A stretch of DNA of 64,000 bases. Origin: the human T2T-CHM13v2.0 reference genome, Homo sapiens. The stretch is from NCBI RefSeq assembly GCF_009914755.1, contig NC_060935.1; one strand, 5' to 3'. Positions 63,481 through 64,000 of the stretch are shown in pieces. Both the position numbers and the translations under genes were made by a program. The notes under the pieces were generated by a model that ran no database searches, was not told the origin of the DNA, and worked only from the letters and a program-made list of their open reading frames with translations. The first letter of the stretch is position 1. Each line of letters starts with the position of its first letter.

Positions 63481-63879
63481 TATAACCTCAGAAGTGTGAC
63501 ACGGATTTTTTCTATCATCTCATTCATTATCCTGCTATACTGTTCAGCGTAGTTCTTCACACACATAGTAGGTTCTCAATAATCTAGTTTAGGGACTACT
63601 ACTTGACAGAATGTTATGTAGATGTAGATGTCTGAGCCACAGGCTGCTGATTGTGCAGTCTAGGGTCCTGCGGAACACTGGAAAGTAAATACATTGGGAT
63701 TAACTTGTGCTTTGTAGGGTTTCTTTCACGTTACCTATTTCATATTCCATTTGTGATATATTCTTGATCTTGTCTATTTTCTCTTTGGTACATGGTAGAA
63801 ATTCTATTAAACAATAATCAAAGGATCTCAAGGTGCTAGGAAAAAAACAGTTAATGGACTTTAAAGATTGGATAAGTGC

Positions 63880-64000
63880 TTTTTTTTTTTTTTTTTTTGG
63901 ACCGAGTCTCACTCTGTCGTCCAGGCTGGAGTGCAGTGGTGCAATCTCAGCTCACTGCAACCTCTGCCTCAGCCTCTTCAGTAGCTGGGATTAAAGGCAT
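63880..64000 (-). mobile_element. Alu (cut by the window end)
   Basis: Poly-T followed by the reverse-complement right arm. Confidence 0.88.

Overview
Primate (almost certainly human) genomic DNA containing the 5' part of CBL (c-Cbl E3 ubiquitin ligase, 11q23.3) on the + strand. It has a CpG-island promoter with GC boxes, the (CGG)11 repeat of folate-sensitive fragile site FRA11B just upstream of the start codon, coding exon 1 (791-985), a 25.8 kb intron 1, coding exon 2 (26818-27065) and more than 36.9 kb of intron 2. Exon 3 is not in the window. The introns are extremely Alu-dense and also hold old L1, L2, MIR, Tigger, Charlie and MST elements, many of them nested. Almost every ORF in the supplied track is an Alu, L1 or simple-repeat artefact. 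I found no new multi-gene system. The best hypotheses are: (1) an FMRpolyG-like overlapping ORF (near-cognate ACG, Gly11, then an alternative frame through exon 1 to a stop in exon 2; 131 codons); (2) inverted-Alu architecture favouring circularisation of exon 2; (3) a candidate in-frame poison exon near 10.3-10.5 kb; (4) recursive-splice-like motifs in intron 2. Repeat subfamily names come from recalled consensus sequences and repeat boundaries are approximate; neither was computed.
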